Source: Bacteroidales bacterium (GTDB lineage Bacteria > Bacteroidota > Bacteroidia > Bacteroidales > UBA932). Taken from it: a stretch of 64,000 nucleotides of DNA. The stretch lies in the NCBI GenBank assembly GCA_017960585.1, contig JAGCYX010000111.1:1068-65067 (forward strand). Reading direction: 5' to 3'. Every line of letters starts with the position of its first letter. Positions within the stretch are counted from its first letter, which is position 1. The notes under the pieces were generated by a model. The model had not been told where the DNA came from and made no database searches. It was given only the letters and a program-made list of their open reading frames with translations. A program made the position numbers and the translations under genes. Below, piece after piece: positions 1-9,836 of this stretch.

Positions 1-1979
1 GTGGTGGTGAAGCCGCTGCCGTAGGTTCCGTCGGTTTCTGTCGCCCAACTCTGGGCGTCGGAATTGGTGGCGAAAGAGACTGTGTCTTCGCCACACCCCT
101 TCACGACGATGGTGCACGTGGCGCTCACATCCTGCCAGGGGCTCTTGAACGTGATGGTCACAGGGATTTCCACCTGGCCATGGAACTGGACTTCGCTGGT
201 ATAGTCAACCACGAAGTAAGGTATCAGCGAGCCGTCCGAATCCTGCGAATACGCGAAGTGTACGCCGTCGGAGCTGTATCTCACGCCCTTGATGATACCA
301 CTTAACGAAGCCGGAATCGACGCACCCGTCGCGGTGGCCTCGGGCGTGATGCTGTAGGCCTGCCGGGAGGTCACACCGCTGATGTAACCGTTACCGCCGG
401 TGGTGTACGTACCGGCCTCCGCGTCAAACGACGTCACGTTGCCGGTGATCCAGTTGTTCTCTTTGAAAACATAGTAGGAAACACCGTTCGGACGGTTGTC
501 CTTCAGGGTCAGCCCGGTCACATCGGCCAGCGCCACCGCGTAAAGCTTATTCTCGTCAAGCTCGATGGTGTACGTATCCTTGGCCAGGGTCATCTCCTTG
601 AACGGCTGCCAGGCCACCAGGGCGAAGGTGCTGTAGTCGAGCTCCTCTTCCGGATGAGCGACCGACGCCTTGGGCTTGCTGAAGCGGGTCGTGACCGGCG
701 TCTTGATGCCGTCGGCGGTGACGAAGAGTTTGCCCCTCATTCGGATGAACGGCTCCTTGCTATTATAAGTGAATACGGTATGTGTAGCGTCCCACATGCT
801 GCTGTAATCGGTGGAACCGAGGGTGCTGAACTCTGCAGACAGTCCGGCGGCGGCCATGGCAGTCTCACTCATGATATTGTCATTCTCGTCCACCACATTG
901 AAGGCCAGTTCGGCGAGGTTGATGGGGGCGGGGGCATAATGATGAAGCGCGTGACGGAAACTCTCATCACCGGAAGCTGCAGTGAAATAACTCGGATTCA
1001 CCTGGGTCCACCAGATCACGGAGCCGTCATTGGCGGCGAAATCGAGCTGCTGGATGAAAGGAGCGTTCTTGTGCGTGGCGTTGAAGGTGTAGTAGGACAG
1101 GTGGAGGAAGTCGTACCCGGGACCGACGGTGAGATCTTCGATGGCGGCTTTGAGCGCCTCGAGGGCAGCGGTGTAGTCCGGAATGCCGTTGATGGCAGCG
1201 ATAATATCCGCCAGGGCCGTGGCGATGTCGCCCTTGAGGGCCGTGTTGGTGTCGCCGATGGCGGCCACGACCTTGTCGATGGCAGCGACGACGTCGTCAA
1301 TCGCAGCATCAAGTCCATCTACGCTGCCCTTCAGGGATTCGAGAGCGGTCTTGATTTCACCCAGGGCCGTCTTGTTGTCGGCAAGTCCGGTCTTGATGGC
1401 GGTCTCGATGAGGGCGAGCTTCGTCTCCAGGCTGGTAGTCTGGCTCTTGATGGCCGCCTCGATGAGCGCGAGTTTGGTCTCCAGGCTGGTGGTCTGGCTG
1501 GCGATCGCGGCTTCGATGGCGGCGAGCTTGTCCTCGAGCGTGCCGTTCAGCGTCTCAAGCGCCTTCTCGATGAGCGTCAGGTCGGTCTTGCTGTCGATCA
1601 GGCCGGCCTTGATGGCGGCTTCGATGAGCGCGAGCTTGGTCTCCAGGCTTGCGGTCTGGCTGGTGATGGCGGCTTCGATGGCGGCCAGTTTCTGGTCCAG
1701 GGTGCCGTTCAGGGTCTCGATGGCCTTCACGATCAGGTCGAATGCCTGCTGGTTCTGAAGGTTGCCTTCCTTGATGGCGGCCTCGATGAGGGCGAGCTTC
1801 ATCGTCAGGCTGTTGTTCGCGTCGTTGATGGCCTGGACGATGCCGCTCATGTCCGAAGTCAGGCTGATGTTGATTTCCGGATGCTCGTTGTCGCAGGCGG
1901 TGAAGGTGAGGGGTGCGACGGCGCCAAGCAGCAGGAGCGCCGACAGCAGGCCGCAGGAGATGGATTTGAACAGTTTCAT
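1..1979 (-). CDS. Large surface lipoprotein with N-terminal 18-aa coiled-coil repeats (3' end runs off the window)
   Basis: Hand translation from ATG at 1979: MKLFKSISCGLLSALLLLGAVAPLTFTAC (lipobox-like), then SLETKLALIEAAIK-type repeats; frame stays open to position 1; absent from the ORF track because it has no stop in the window. Confidence 0.85.
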   Translation of the reverse strand, partial: MKLFKSISCGLLSALLLLGAVAPLTFTACDNEHPEINISLTSDMSGIVQAINDANNSLTMKLALIEAAIKEGNLQNQQAFDLIVKAIETLNGTLDQKLAAIEAAITSQTASLETKLALIEAAIKAGLIDSKTDLTLIEKALETLNGTLEDKLAAIEAAIASQTTSLETKLALIEAAIKSQTTSLETKLALIETAIKTGLADNKTALGEIKTALESLKGSVDGLDAAIDDVVAAIDKVVAAIGDTNTALKGDIATALADIIAAINGIPDYTAALEALKAAIEDLTVGPGYDFLHLSYYTFNATHKNAPFIQQLDFAANDGSVIWWTQVNPSYFTAASGDESFRHALHHYAPAPINLAELAFNVVDENDNIMSETAMAAAGLSAEFSTLGSTDYSSMWDATHTVFTYNSKEPFIRMRGKLFVTADGIKTPVTTRFSKPKASVAHPEEELDYSTFALVAWQPFKEMTLAKDTYTIELDENKLYAVALADVTGLTLKDNRPNGVSYYVFKENNWITGNVTSFDAEAGTYTTGGNGYISGVTSRQAYSITPEATATGASIPASLSGIIKGVRYSSDGVHFAYSQDSDGSLIPYFVVDYTSEVQFHGQVEIPVTITFKSPWQDVSATCTIVVKGCGEDTVSFATNSDAQSWATETDGTYGSGFTT
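1326..1811 (-). repeat. Nine degenerate 54-bp (18-aa) coding repeats
   Basis: Units such as TLDQKLAAIEAAITSQTA / SLETKLALIEAAIKAGLI / SLETKLALIEAAIKSQTT. Confidence 0.85.
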
Positions 1980-2016
1980 GACTATATCTTTTTATTACTA
2001 TTTGACGGGTGAATGA

Positions 2017-3192
2017 TTATTTCGGGAGCACGGCTTCGGCCCGGCGGGACGTGACGCTGAAGGCCTCCTCGCCGGTGGCGGGGTACTTGCCCCGGCCTTC
2101 CACGATGTTGAAGCGGGAGGCGTCGATGCCCTGGCCGACCAGGTAGTCGCGCAGCACCGTGGCGCGGGCGGTCGAGAGCGGGCCGTTGATGTGGTCTCCG
2201 CCGGTGTGGTCCGTCCAGCCCAGGATGTTCACGCGGACGGACGGGTTCGCCTTCAGGATGGAGACGAGGGTCGACAGGGCGGCGGCGTTCTTCCGCTCGT
2301 CCAGGTTGGAGAAGCCCCGCTCGAAGGTGACGTAAGGCAGCATGTCGTCCGTGACGGTCGCCACCGGGACCTCGACCACCTTCTCGACGACTTTCTCGAC
2401 AATCTTCTCCACGTACACGGTGTCAGGCACGCTCCGGACAATGGCAACGGGCTCAACCGGCTGGACAGGTTTCGCGCGGCGGGCCTTGCCCGTCAGGTTG
2501 AAGACGAGTCCGACCGTGGCGTAGGCCTGGGTCTTCGGGGCGACCTCCGCATTGGAAAAGAGGTAGCGGAACCCGCCGCCGACGCTCAGGGAGACCTCCG
2601 GAAGGAAGGCATACTCCAGCGAGAGCGTCGCCGGGATGTAGAGGGAATTGTATCGATGGGGGTCGTTGTGCCCGCCGAAATGGATAGCCTGAATCGTGCC
2701 GCTGCTCGCGTCAGCCGCGGACATAGTCCAGGTGTTGCCCTGGGCGAAGAGATAACCCAAACCCGTGCCGACCCAGAGGCCGAAACGGCCGGGACCCTTG
2801 CCGCCGATTTCCATCAGGTTGAACTCGCCGGTGAGCGAGGCCGCGTGGAAATGGGTTTTGAAGTCGCGGTAGAAGGCACCGTCGGGCTGGAGCGCGGTGA
2901 ACAGCTGTTCGCGGATCATGCGCGTGTAGCTGTAGTCGGCGCCGATACGGACCCAGGGCCGGATGTTCACGAGCAGTCCGGCGCCCGCGTAAGGCTGGGT
3001 GAGGTTGATCTGGTTGGCCCGGACGTTCTCGAACTGGGAACCGAAGGACCATGACGTGCCTCCGTACAGACGGAGGCCGACGGTGCTCGTGCGCGCGTCC
3101 CGATAAAAGTCCTGCGCACGCAAGCCGCCTGCGACGGGGATGAGCAACAGGACGGCCAGAAGCAGCGAGAGTCTGTGTTTTTGTAGCAGCAT
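2017..3192 (-). CDS. OmpA-family outer membrane protein (beta-barrel + OmpA_C)
   Basis: Signal peptide MLLQKHRLSLLLAVLLL; C-terminal GWTDHTG..N..LS..RA..LRDYL..RRAE; start set at ATG 3192, downstream of the promoter. Confidence 0.9.
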   Translation of the reverse strand: MLLQKHRLSLLLAVLLLIPVAGGLRAQDFYRDARTSTVGLRLYGGTSWSFGSQFENVRANQINLTQPYAGAGLLVNIRPWVRIGADYSYTRMIREQLFTALQPDGAFYRDFKTHFHAASLTGEFNLMEIGGKGPGRFGLWVGTGLGYLFAQGNTWTMSAADASSGTIQAIHFGGHNDPHRYNSLYIPATLSLEYAFLPEVSLSVGGGFRYLFSNAEVAPKTQAYATVGLVFNLTGKARRAKPVQPVEPVAIVRSVPDTVYVEKIVEKVVEKVVEVPVATVTDDMLPYVTFERGFSNLDERKNAAALSTLVSILKANPSVRVNILGWTDHTGGDHINGPLSTARATVLRDYLVGQGIDASRFNIVEGRGKYPATGEEAFSVTSRRAEAVLPK

Positions 3193-3219
3193 GGATATGG
3201 ATTTGTTTATTCTTCCATA

Positions 3220-3267
3220 CAAAAGTATCCACAGAAGGCATAAAAACAATGAGTAATATTACTCATT
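3220..3267 (-). promoter_or_regulatory. Palindromic operator AATGAGTAATATTACTCATT abutting a Bacteroidetes promoter (TTG-N19-TACTTTTG)
   Basis: Perfect 20-bp palindrome at 3248-3267; -7 element TACTTTTG at 3220-3227 on the minus strand. Confidence 0.75.
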
Positions 3268-3304
3268 CCAACATATCATAGACCGAAATTTATCTCCAGA
3301 TGCT

Positions 3305-3349
3305 CGGAGCGAAGCGACGCAGGGATGCTCGAGGGGGAACGCCCCCTCG
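3305..3349 (+). repeat. GC-rich ~45-bp hairpin repeat, copy 1
   Basis: CGGAGCGAAGCGACGCAGGGATGCTCGAGGGGGAACGCCCCCTCG; resembles 3568-3609 and the reverse complement of 23699-23741. Confidence 0.65.
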
Positions 3350-3356
3350 TTCATAA

Positions 3357-3388
3357 AAGAAAAAGCCATCGACGATTTGTCGATGGCT
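3357..3388 (-). terminator. Intrinsic terminator after tRNA-Gly
   Basis: AGCCATCGAC/GTCGATGGCT stem followed by a T-run on the minus strand. Confidence 0.8.
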
Positions 3389-3391
3389 GTT

Positions 3392-3467
3392 TGGAGCGGA
3401 AAACGGGGCTCGGACCCGCGACCTCAACCTTGGCAAGGTTGCGCTCTACCAACTGAGCTATTTCCGC
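3392..3467 (-). tRNA. tRNA-Gly(GCC)
   Basis: GCGGAAATAGCTCAGTTGGTAGAGCGCAACCTTGCCAAGGTTGAGGTCGCGGGTCCGAGCCCCGTTTTCCGCTCCA; cloverleaf, encoded CCA, upstream TATCTTTG. Confidence 0.97.
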
Positions 3468-3567
3468 AAAACCCTATTGCTTAGCGTTGGGATTGCAAAG
3501 ATAGACACTTTTTTTAAATCCACAAAGGTTTTTTTAACTTTTTTATAGATTCTATGGTGGCAGGCTT

Positions 3568-3609
3568 CGGAGCTTTGCGACGCAGGCGGTCCGGGAGGTC
3601 AGCCCCCGG
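3568..3609 (+). repeat. GC-rich hairpin repeat, copy 2
   Basis: CGGAGCTTTGCGACGCAGGCGGTCCGGGAGGTCAGCCCCCGG. Confidence 0.6.
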
Positions 3610-3618
3610 TATAAAGTA

Positions 3619-3646
3619 CAGGAGGCGCCCTCACGGGCGCCTCCTG
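3619..3646 (-). terminator. Hairpin downstream of the GH43 gene
   Basis: CAGGAGGCGCCC-TCAC-GGGCGCCTCCTG perfect stem; weak U-tract. Confidence 0.6.
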
Positions 3647-3691
3647 ACCTCAAAATACCAAAATCCTATTTAACCAAACTATGCGAGTTTG

Positions 3692-4861
3692 CTATTTTAC
3701 GATGATCTGGTGGCCGAGCTTCAGCTTGTCGCCGGAGTCATCGACAGTCCAGTACTGCGGCTTGCGCGGGCCGTTGCCTTCCACGTGGTGCACCACATAG
3801 CGGAGCTCACCCTCGAAGGTACGGAACAGCATGCCGTGACCGGAGTTGTTGCCAAGGAACGGTTCCGGTTCCTGCACCCAAGGACCGGCGATGGTGCCGG
3901 ACTCGGAGTAGCAGACTTCCTGGAGATAACGCTCCTTGCCCCAGGTGGACCAGAGCATACCGAGCTTGCCGGTTTTCGTGCGGAACATCTGCGGGCCGTC
4001 GGTCACCCAACCGGGCATCTTGAGCCCGAAGGTGGCTTCGCCGAGGCCGTTCATTTCGCCGCAGGACGGAGCCTCGCTGGCGCGGAACATCGTCACAGGC
4101 CAATCGGAGATCGTCTTGGTCAGATCCTGGGACAGCTCGATGTAATCCATCGTACCGTCGATCAGCTGGGTCCACTCGTGGACGAAGACCATATAGATGT
4201 GGCCGTCCTCCTCGTAAAGGGTACCGTCGATGCAGTCCCACTCGCGGGGCTGATAGTCGTAACCCGGGGTGACGGAGAAGGGCACGAACGGTCCTTCAGG
4301 GCTCTCGGAACGGAGCAGGTAGGTCTGGTTGTGAGGCACGTTGTAGCGGCGCGGGACCTGCTGGATGAGGTCGGAGTGGTCGCTCCAGGTACCTGCATAA
4401 TAATAGTAGTCACCGATCTTGTGGATCTCGGCGGCGGCGGCGAAGCCGGCCTTCTCGCACCAGGTGCCGGTCAGGTCAATGACATTGTAGGGGCCTTCCC
4501 ACATGACGAGGTCCTTGCTGCGATACTGGCGGCCACCGGAGCTGGTCAGGTAGTAGGTCTTCGTCTCGGGATCCGCGTAGATGAACGGATCGCTCATCGA
4601 CAGGTCGTTGAAGTGGACGGTGCGGATGCGGTTCTGCTCTTCGCGCATGCGGCGCATACGCTCGGCCATGCCGGTCGTGTCGCGCGGAGCGCTGGAGATC
4701 ATACCACCGAAATTGTTCTGGCCGGGATCTGCAGGCGGAGCCTGCTCGCCGGGTTCAATCTTCACCGGAGCGGACACGGTCGGCTCCGTGGTACCGCCAT
4801 TGCCGCAGGACGCGAGAAGCGTTGCGGCAAGGCAGTAAAACATGATTTTCCTGATTTTCAT
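3692..4861 (-). CDS. GH43 glycoside hydrolase lipoprotein
   Basis: LASC lipobox; SDPFI, AAEIH, CIDGTLY, VTDGP, SGHGMLF five-bladed propeller motifs. Confidence 0.88.
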   Translation of the reverse strand: MKIRKIMFYCLAATLLASCGNGGTTEPTVSAPVKIEPGEQAPPADPGQNNFGGMISSAPRDTTGMAERMRRMREEQNRIRTVHFNDLSMSDPFIYADPETKTYYLTSSGGRQYRSKDLVMWEGPYNVIDLTGTWCEKAGFAAAAEIHKIGDYYYYAGTWSDHSDLIQQVPRRYNVPHNQTYLLRSESPEGPFVPFSVTPGYDYQPREWDCIDGTLYEEDGHIYMVFVHEWTQLIDGTMDYIELSQDLTKTISDWPVTMFRASEAPSCGEMNGLGEATFGLKMPGWVTDGPQMFRTKTGKLGMLWSTWGKERYLQEVCYSESGTIAGPWVQEPEPFLGNNSGHGMLFRTFEGELRYVVHHVEGNGPRKPQYWTVDDSGDKLKLGHQIIVK

Positions 4862-4954
4862 TTATCTAATAATTGATGATTATCTTATCGGCTGCAAATA
4901 TAGGCATTGCGCAATCAGACAACTATAATAAAATAATCAAAAGTGTTTTCAGGA

Positions 4955-6595
4955 TCACCAACCGGGGTTCTGTTTCAGGTTGGGGTTGGCGGAAATCTGC
5001 TCGAACGGGAACGGAAGGAATTCGTATTTGTCCTGCCAGCCCTTGCCGGGACCATCGGTCACCTCGACATCCCACTCTGTCGTCCCGGGTTTGTAGCCGA
5101 AGAACTTGTAAAGTTTCTTACCCTTGTTGGCAAGCACCGTGGATGCGTCGCCCCAGCGAACCAGGTCGAAGAAACGCTCCTGCTCACAGAAGAGCTCGGC
5201 ACGACGCTCATCCTTGATGATCGGATAGGTCAGCGCGGACACCGGCGCAAGTTCAGCACGTTCGCGAACTTCGTTCAGGGCCTTCAGGCCGGAACCGTCA
5301 GCATCTTTGTCTACGAGGAACTTTGCTTCGGCGTACATCAGCAGGACTTCCGCATAACGGAGCATCGGGGTGTTGGCCTTGTACCACTTCCAGAAGGGCG
5401 GGCTCGTCCCCTCGTAAGCCTCGCTGAGCCAGCCAAGGCCACGGAAGGTAAAATAACCCGCATTGTGGTAAATCACCTGGTTCTCCTTTACACCGGGCGT
5501 TACACCAGCGGCATAATCCATGTCAAGCACCTGCTCATAGGTATGGATCGTGGACTTGAAGCGCGGCTTCTCAGTACCGCCTTCGTGCTCCGCCAGGAAT
5601 TCGCCGAACTCCTTGGACACGGCGTTCCAGCCCCAGCCGCCGAAGAAATCCGTCGGAAGCTGAATACCGCTCGGCCAGCCAGTCCACGTGTGACGAAGGT
5701 CGTTGGAAGGATCTCCAGGGAATCCGTCATTATCCCCGGAGTTGTGCTCGAAGAGGTATTCCTCACAGAAATCGCCCGCCACGCGCTCAATATCGAACAT
5801 ATTGGGGATCAGGCCATAGAGCTTGGAATCGATAACCGTCTTGAGATCCTTGACGGCGTCAGCAAGGATGGCCTGATCGTTGAACCGCTGGCCATACCAG
5901 AGACCCACCTTACCGCGGTATGCGAGGGCCGCATGCTTGGAGATGCGGGCTCCGAAAGCCTCTTGCTGGCCCTTGCCGCTGATGGCGGGCAGCGCGTCGG
6001 CCGCTTCCTTCATCCGGGCGAGGATCCACTTGATGGAGTCTTCGGTCGGGTTGTTGGACTGGTTGTACTCATCCTGCGAGAGCAGGTGATCCGGAAGCGG
6101 CGGGGTACCCCACCAGCGCACGGCGTCGAACATAGCCAGCGCACGGAGGAAGTTGGCCTCGGCCTTGACGCGGTTGATACGGGCGTCGTTGGTCTCGGGA
6201 ATCTTCTCGAGGATCAGGTTGCAGTGGTACATGACGCTGTAAACGCCCTTATAGACAATCTTCGGGGCGAAGTCGGCGGAAGTAACATTATAGCTGCCGG
6301 CCTCCTGGTACTGGTTCGTAGCATCCGAGAAGGAGCCGCCGCCAGGATAATGGTCATCATCAAGACAGTTCAGGAAGAGGATCTTTTCGATGCCGTTGAC
6401 GCAGGTCACGTCGCGGCCGCCCCAATACAGGTGGTAAACACTGCCGATCAGGGCCTCCGCATCCTCTGCGGAAGCGTTCGCATAGAAATCCTCCGTGGAG
6501 AGAACACTCTTCTGGGGAATGTCAAGGTTCTTCTGGCAGGAGCTGGCCGCCAGGACAAGGGCCGCAATCGAAAGGGCTAAATATATCTTTTTCAT
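4955..6595 (-). CDS. susD: SusD/RagB family lipoprotein
   Basis: ASSC lipobox; AEANFLRA, LRYAEVLLMYAEA, ERRAELFCEQERFFDLVRWG, NPNLKQNPGW. Confidence 0.95.
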   Translation of the reverse strand: MKKIYLALSIAALVLAASSCQKNLDIPQKSVLSTEDFYANASAEDAEALIGSVYHLYWGGRDVTCVNGIEKILFLNCLDDDHYPGGGSFSDATNQYQEAGSYNVTSADFAPKIVYKGVYSVMYHCNLILEKIPETNDARINRVKAEANFLRALAMFDAVRWWGTPPLPDHLLSQDEYNQSNNPTEDSIKWILARMKEAADALPAISGKGQQEAFGARISKHAALAYRGKVGLWYGQRFNDQAILADAVKDLKTVIDSKLYGLIPNMFDIERVAGDFCEEYLFEHNSGDNDGFPGDPSNDLRHTWTGWPSGIQLPTDFFGGWGWNAVSKEFGEFLAEHEGGTEKPRFKSTIHTYEQVLDMDYAAGVTPGVKENQVIYHNAGYFTFRGLGWLSEAYEGTSPPFWKWYKANTPMLRYAEVLLMYAEAKFLVDKDADGSGLKALNEVRERAELAPVSALTYPIIKDERRAELFCEQERFFDLVRWGDASTVLANKGKKLYKFFGYKPGTTEWDVEVTDGPGKGWQDKYEFLPFPFEQISANPNLKQNPGW

Positions 6596-6607
6596 ACGGA
6601 TTCAATT

Positions 6608-9600
6608 TTAGAAGGAAACATTAACACCAAAGACCAGTTTCTTGGAGATCGGGTAGGAACCGTAGTCGATACCCAGACCGCTGGCGGAAGAACCGGCGTG
6701 GCTGGTTTCCGGATCAAGGCCCGGATACTTCGTGAAGGTGAACCAGTCGTCCAGGGAGACATAGGCGCGGAGGGAGCTCATCGCAATCTTCTTGGTGAGG
6801 TTGCGCGGCAGGGTGTAACCCAACTGGATCTGCTTGATCTTGAAGAAGGAGGCGTCGTAGACACGCAGGTTGGAGCAACGGTAGAACTTGTCGCTGCTGT
6901 CCGGCTTCGGATACTTGTAGCCGGTGGAGGAAGCGCTCTTCCAGGCGTCCGCATAGAAGCACTTGAGCGTGTTCTGCTGCAGGGCGTCGGCACGGGTCAC
7001 GGCGTAGAGCAGTTCAGCACCCTGGGAACCGGCGCCGAGGACGAGCAAGTCGAAGCCCTTCCAGGCGAAGTTGAGCGTAATACCGTAGGTGAAGTCAGGG
7101 ATACCGCTACCGGCGAAGTCGCGGTCGTCCGGGGTGATTGCACCGTCATTGTTGAAGTCCTTGTACACGGCAGCGCCCGTCTGCGGATCGATATGATCCA
7201 CGACGAAGGTGCGCAGGTACCACAGCGGGTAGCCTTCCTCGAAGTAGGTCACGTCATAGGAGCTCCAGATCTTCTGGCCCGGGACGCGGTCTTTGGAAGT
7301 ACCTTCGATGACCTTGTTGTGGACCGTGGAGAGGTTTCCGCTGATGCCGTAGGAGAAGTCACCGATGGTGTCTTTCCAACCCAGTTCGAATTCCGTACCG
7401 TGGTTGTTCACGAGACCGGCGTTGACATAGACCGTCTCAGCGCCCGTGTTGGCCGGAGCCGTCGTGCTGGTCAGCAGGTCGTGCGTGTTCTTGTTGTACC
7501 AGTCCACGGAGAAGGTGAGACGCTCCTTGAACATGCGGAGGTCGAGACCCACGTCCACCTGGCGGGAAGTTTCCCACTTGATGTTCGGGTTCGGGAGGAC
7601 CTTGGAAGGGCGGATACCCACCAGGAACGTGCCGTCCAGGTTGTAACCGTAGTTCTTGTTGGTTTCCAGGGAGGAGGCGTACTGATACGCACCCAGGGCA
7701 TTGACATTACCGTTCACACCCCAGGAGGCGCGGAGCTTCAGGAAGGAGAGGTTGAGGGAAGACTTGACACCCTGCATGAAGGGCTCGTTGCTGATGGTCC
7801 AGCCGGCGGAGACGGAGGGGAAGTAACCCCAGCGATGGTTCTTGTCCAGCTTGGAGCTGTCGTACGCGTCAGCGCGGAAGTTGGCCTGGACGAAGTACTT
7901 GTTGGCATAGGACCAGCCGAGACGGCCGAAGTAGGACATGTTGGCCCGGACTTCCGGCTGACCGCCGATCGACATATTCGCGTTATTCACGGCGTTGTCG
8001 AGGTAGCGGAAATTAGGGTCGTCGCTGGAGAGCACATAGGCGGTGCCACGGAGATTGTCCGTGTTGGTCTGCTGGTAGGACATACCCGCCATGGCGGTCA
8101 GTTCATGCTGGCCGAAGTTACGCGTGTAGTTGGCGAAGTTTTCCCACTGATAGTAGAGGCGATCGTTGGTGGAACCGCTGATGGACATGGCCTGGTTGGT
8201 CTTCGAGCTGATGTAAACCTCATGATTATAGGTATTCGTGTGGCTGTAGCCACCCTGGAAGCCGAAGCGGGAGGTAATGACCAGACCCTTGACCGGCATG
8301 AGGTTCGCATAGGCGGTACCGCGCACGCGGAAGCTCTGAGTCTCGGTGTCCTGGCGATCCAGGATAGCCTGCGGGTGCCACATATAACTGGTCTCGTTGA
8401 AAGCGGAAATGCCATAAATGTGACCATCGGGATCGCGGGGGATTCTGTCGTTGATCATACCCTTGACATGGGTCGGGATGGCATTGTCGTCATAGATGTA
8501 CGGGGTGGTAGGATCGTGGACGAACATGGCGCCCATGACGGACTCGGAAATGGAAGAACTCTCGGAAACGGCCCGGCGCACGCTGCGGTCGATGGTGGTG
8601 TTGACACCGACGGTCAGCCAATCCTTGACCTTGTATTCTGCGTTGATCTGGCCGACCAGACGGCGGAAGATATCCTTGTCGCCCTTGACGATACCATTAT
8701 TATCAGTATAGGAGAGGGAGGTGTAGAACTTTGCACGGTCGTTGCCACCTTCCACGCCGATGGTGTGGCGCTGCTGGTGACCGGTCTCGAGCATGTAGTC
8801 CGTCCACTTGGTGTCAGTCTTTCCGTCGTAATCGAAGCTGTCCGGGGTAGCAGCACCGGCGAGCACCATGTAGTCCATGTACTCCTTCGCGTTCATCATC
8901 TCAGGAAGATGGGCGACGTTCTGGATCGTGTGCTGGAAGTTGTAGAAGACGCGACCGCTACCCTTCTGGCCGGACTTGGTGGTGACGAGCACGACACCGT
9001 TACCAGCCTCGACACCGTAGATGGCGGCGGAGGCGGCGTCCTTCAGGATCTCGATGGAAGCGATGGTCTCCGGATCGAGATAGCTGATATCGTTGACCTT
9101 CAGACCGTCCACGATCATGAGCGGGCTGGTTCTGGAATTGGAAGAGTAGCCGCGGATCTGGATCGAAGAAGAGGCACCCGGAGCACCGGAGGAGTTCACG
9201 ATCTGCACACCGGAAGCCTTGCCCTGCAGGGCCTGGGCGACGTCGGTCGTCGTGCGGTTCTCAAGGTCGGACTCCTTGATGGACGCAATGGCGCCGGTGA
9301 CATCGCTCTTCCTCTGGACGCCGTAACCGATGACCACGGTCTCTTCAAGCATCTCGGTGTCCTCCTGGAGGACGATGTCGAAGGTGGTCTGGTTGCCAAC
9401 GGCAAAGGTCTGGGCCTTGTAGCCGATGCTCTCGACGGAGATGGTGGATCCGGCAGGAACACTCAGCGAGAAGGCGCCGTCCATGTCAGTGGCGGCACCG
9501 ATGCGGGTATTGCCGACCACCGTAACGGCTGCGCCGATGACCGGTTCCCCGGAAGCATCGACCACGCGGCCGCTGATCGTACGATTCTGGGCATAGGCAT

Positions 9601-9670
9601 TCATGCCCAGACATCCCAAGAACAAAAGCACGAAGGCTTTCGTCAGGCAGGATAGCAGTTTCTGTCTCAT
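6608..9670 (-). CDS. susC: SusC/RagA TonB-dependent transporter
   Basis: IEILKDAASAAIYG, GYFPSVSAGW, NPNIKWET, terminal GVNVSF. Confidence 0.97.
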   Translation of the reverse strand: MRQKLLSCLTKAFVLLFLGCLGMNAYAQNRTISGRVVDASGEPVIGAAVTVVGNTRIGAATDMDGAFSLSVPAGSTISVESIGYKAQTFAVGNQTTFDIVLQEDTEMLEETVVIGYGVQRKSDVTGAIASIKESDLENRTTTDVAQALQGKASGVQIVNSSGAPGASSSIQIRGYSSNSRTSPLMIVDGLKVNDISYLDPETIASIEILKDAASAAIYGVEAGNGVVLVTTKSGQKGSGRVFYNFQHTIQNVAHLPEMMNAKEYMDYMVLAGAATPDSFDYDGKTDTKWTDYMLETGHQQRHTIGVEGGNDRAKFYTSLSYTDNNGIVKGDKDIFRRLVGQINAEYKVKDWLTVGVNTTIDRSVRRAVSESSSISESVMGAMFVHDPTTPYIYDDNAIPTHVKGMINDRIPRDPDGHIYGISAFNETSYMWHPQAILDRQDTETQSFRVRGTAYANLMPVKGLVITSRFGFQGGYSHTNTYNHEVYISSKTNQAMSISGSTNDRLYYQWENFANYTRNFGQHELTAMAGMSYQQTNTDNLRGTAYVLSSDDPNFRYLDNAVNNANMSIGGQPEVRANMSYFGRLGWSYANKYFVQANFRADAYDSSKLDKNHRWGYFPSVSAGWTISNEPFMQGVKSSLNLSFLKLRASWGVNGNVNALGAYQYASSLETNKNYGYNLDGTFLVGIRPSKVLPNPNIKWETSRQVDVGLDLRMFKERLTFSVDWYNKNTHDLLTSTTAPANTGAETVYVNAGLVNNHGTEFELGWKDTIGDFSYGISGNLSTVHNKVIEGTSKDRVPGQKIWSSYDVTYFEEGYPLWYLRTFVVDHIDPQTGAAVYKDFNNDGAITPDDRDFAGSGIPDFTYGITLNFAWKGFDLLVLGAGSQGAELLYAVTRADALQQNTLKCFYADAWKSASSTGYKYPKPDSSDKFYRCSNLRVYDASFFKIKQIQLGYTLPRNLTKKIAMSSLRAYVSLDDWFTFTKYPGLDPETSHAGSSASGLGIDYGSYPISKKLVFGVNVSF

Positions 9671-9836
9671 ACTTTAGGATTGAATAGTTATTAATATGGT
9701 TGAAAAGTAAAATAGTTAGTTGTGTCTTTCGAATTTGTAAAAAACGTAAAAAATGCCTCTCGTCTTTTTAATTCATTTGTGTTTGTGTGCAAAAATAGGC
9801 ATCTTTGCATTCGATAATGGAGAAAAATAATTTTAT

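Noticed and set aside
654-2012. 452-aa plus-strand repetitive ORF
   Set aside because: Antisense shadow of the minus-strand lipoprotein, which has a signal peptide and host-like codon bias
3190-3360. Invertible promoter for the OmpA/lipoprotein locus
   Set aside because: No flanking inverted repeats around the promoter and no adjacent recombinase; the palindrome fits an operator better
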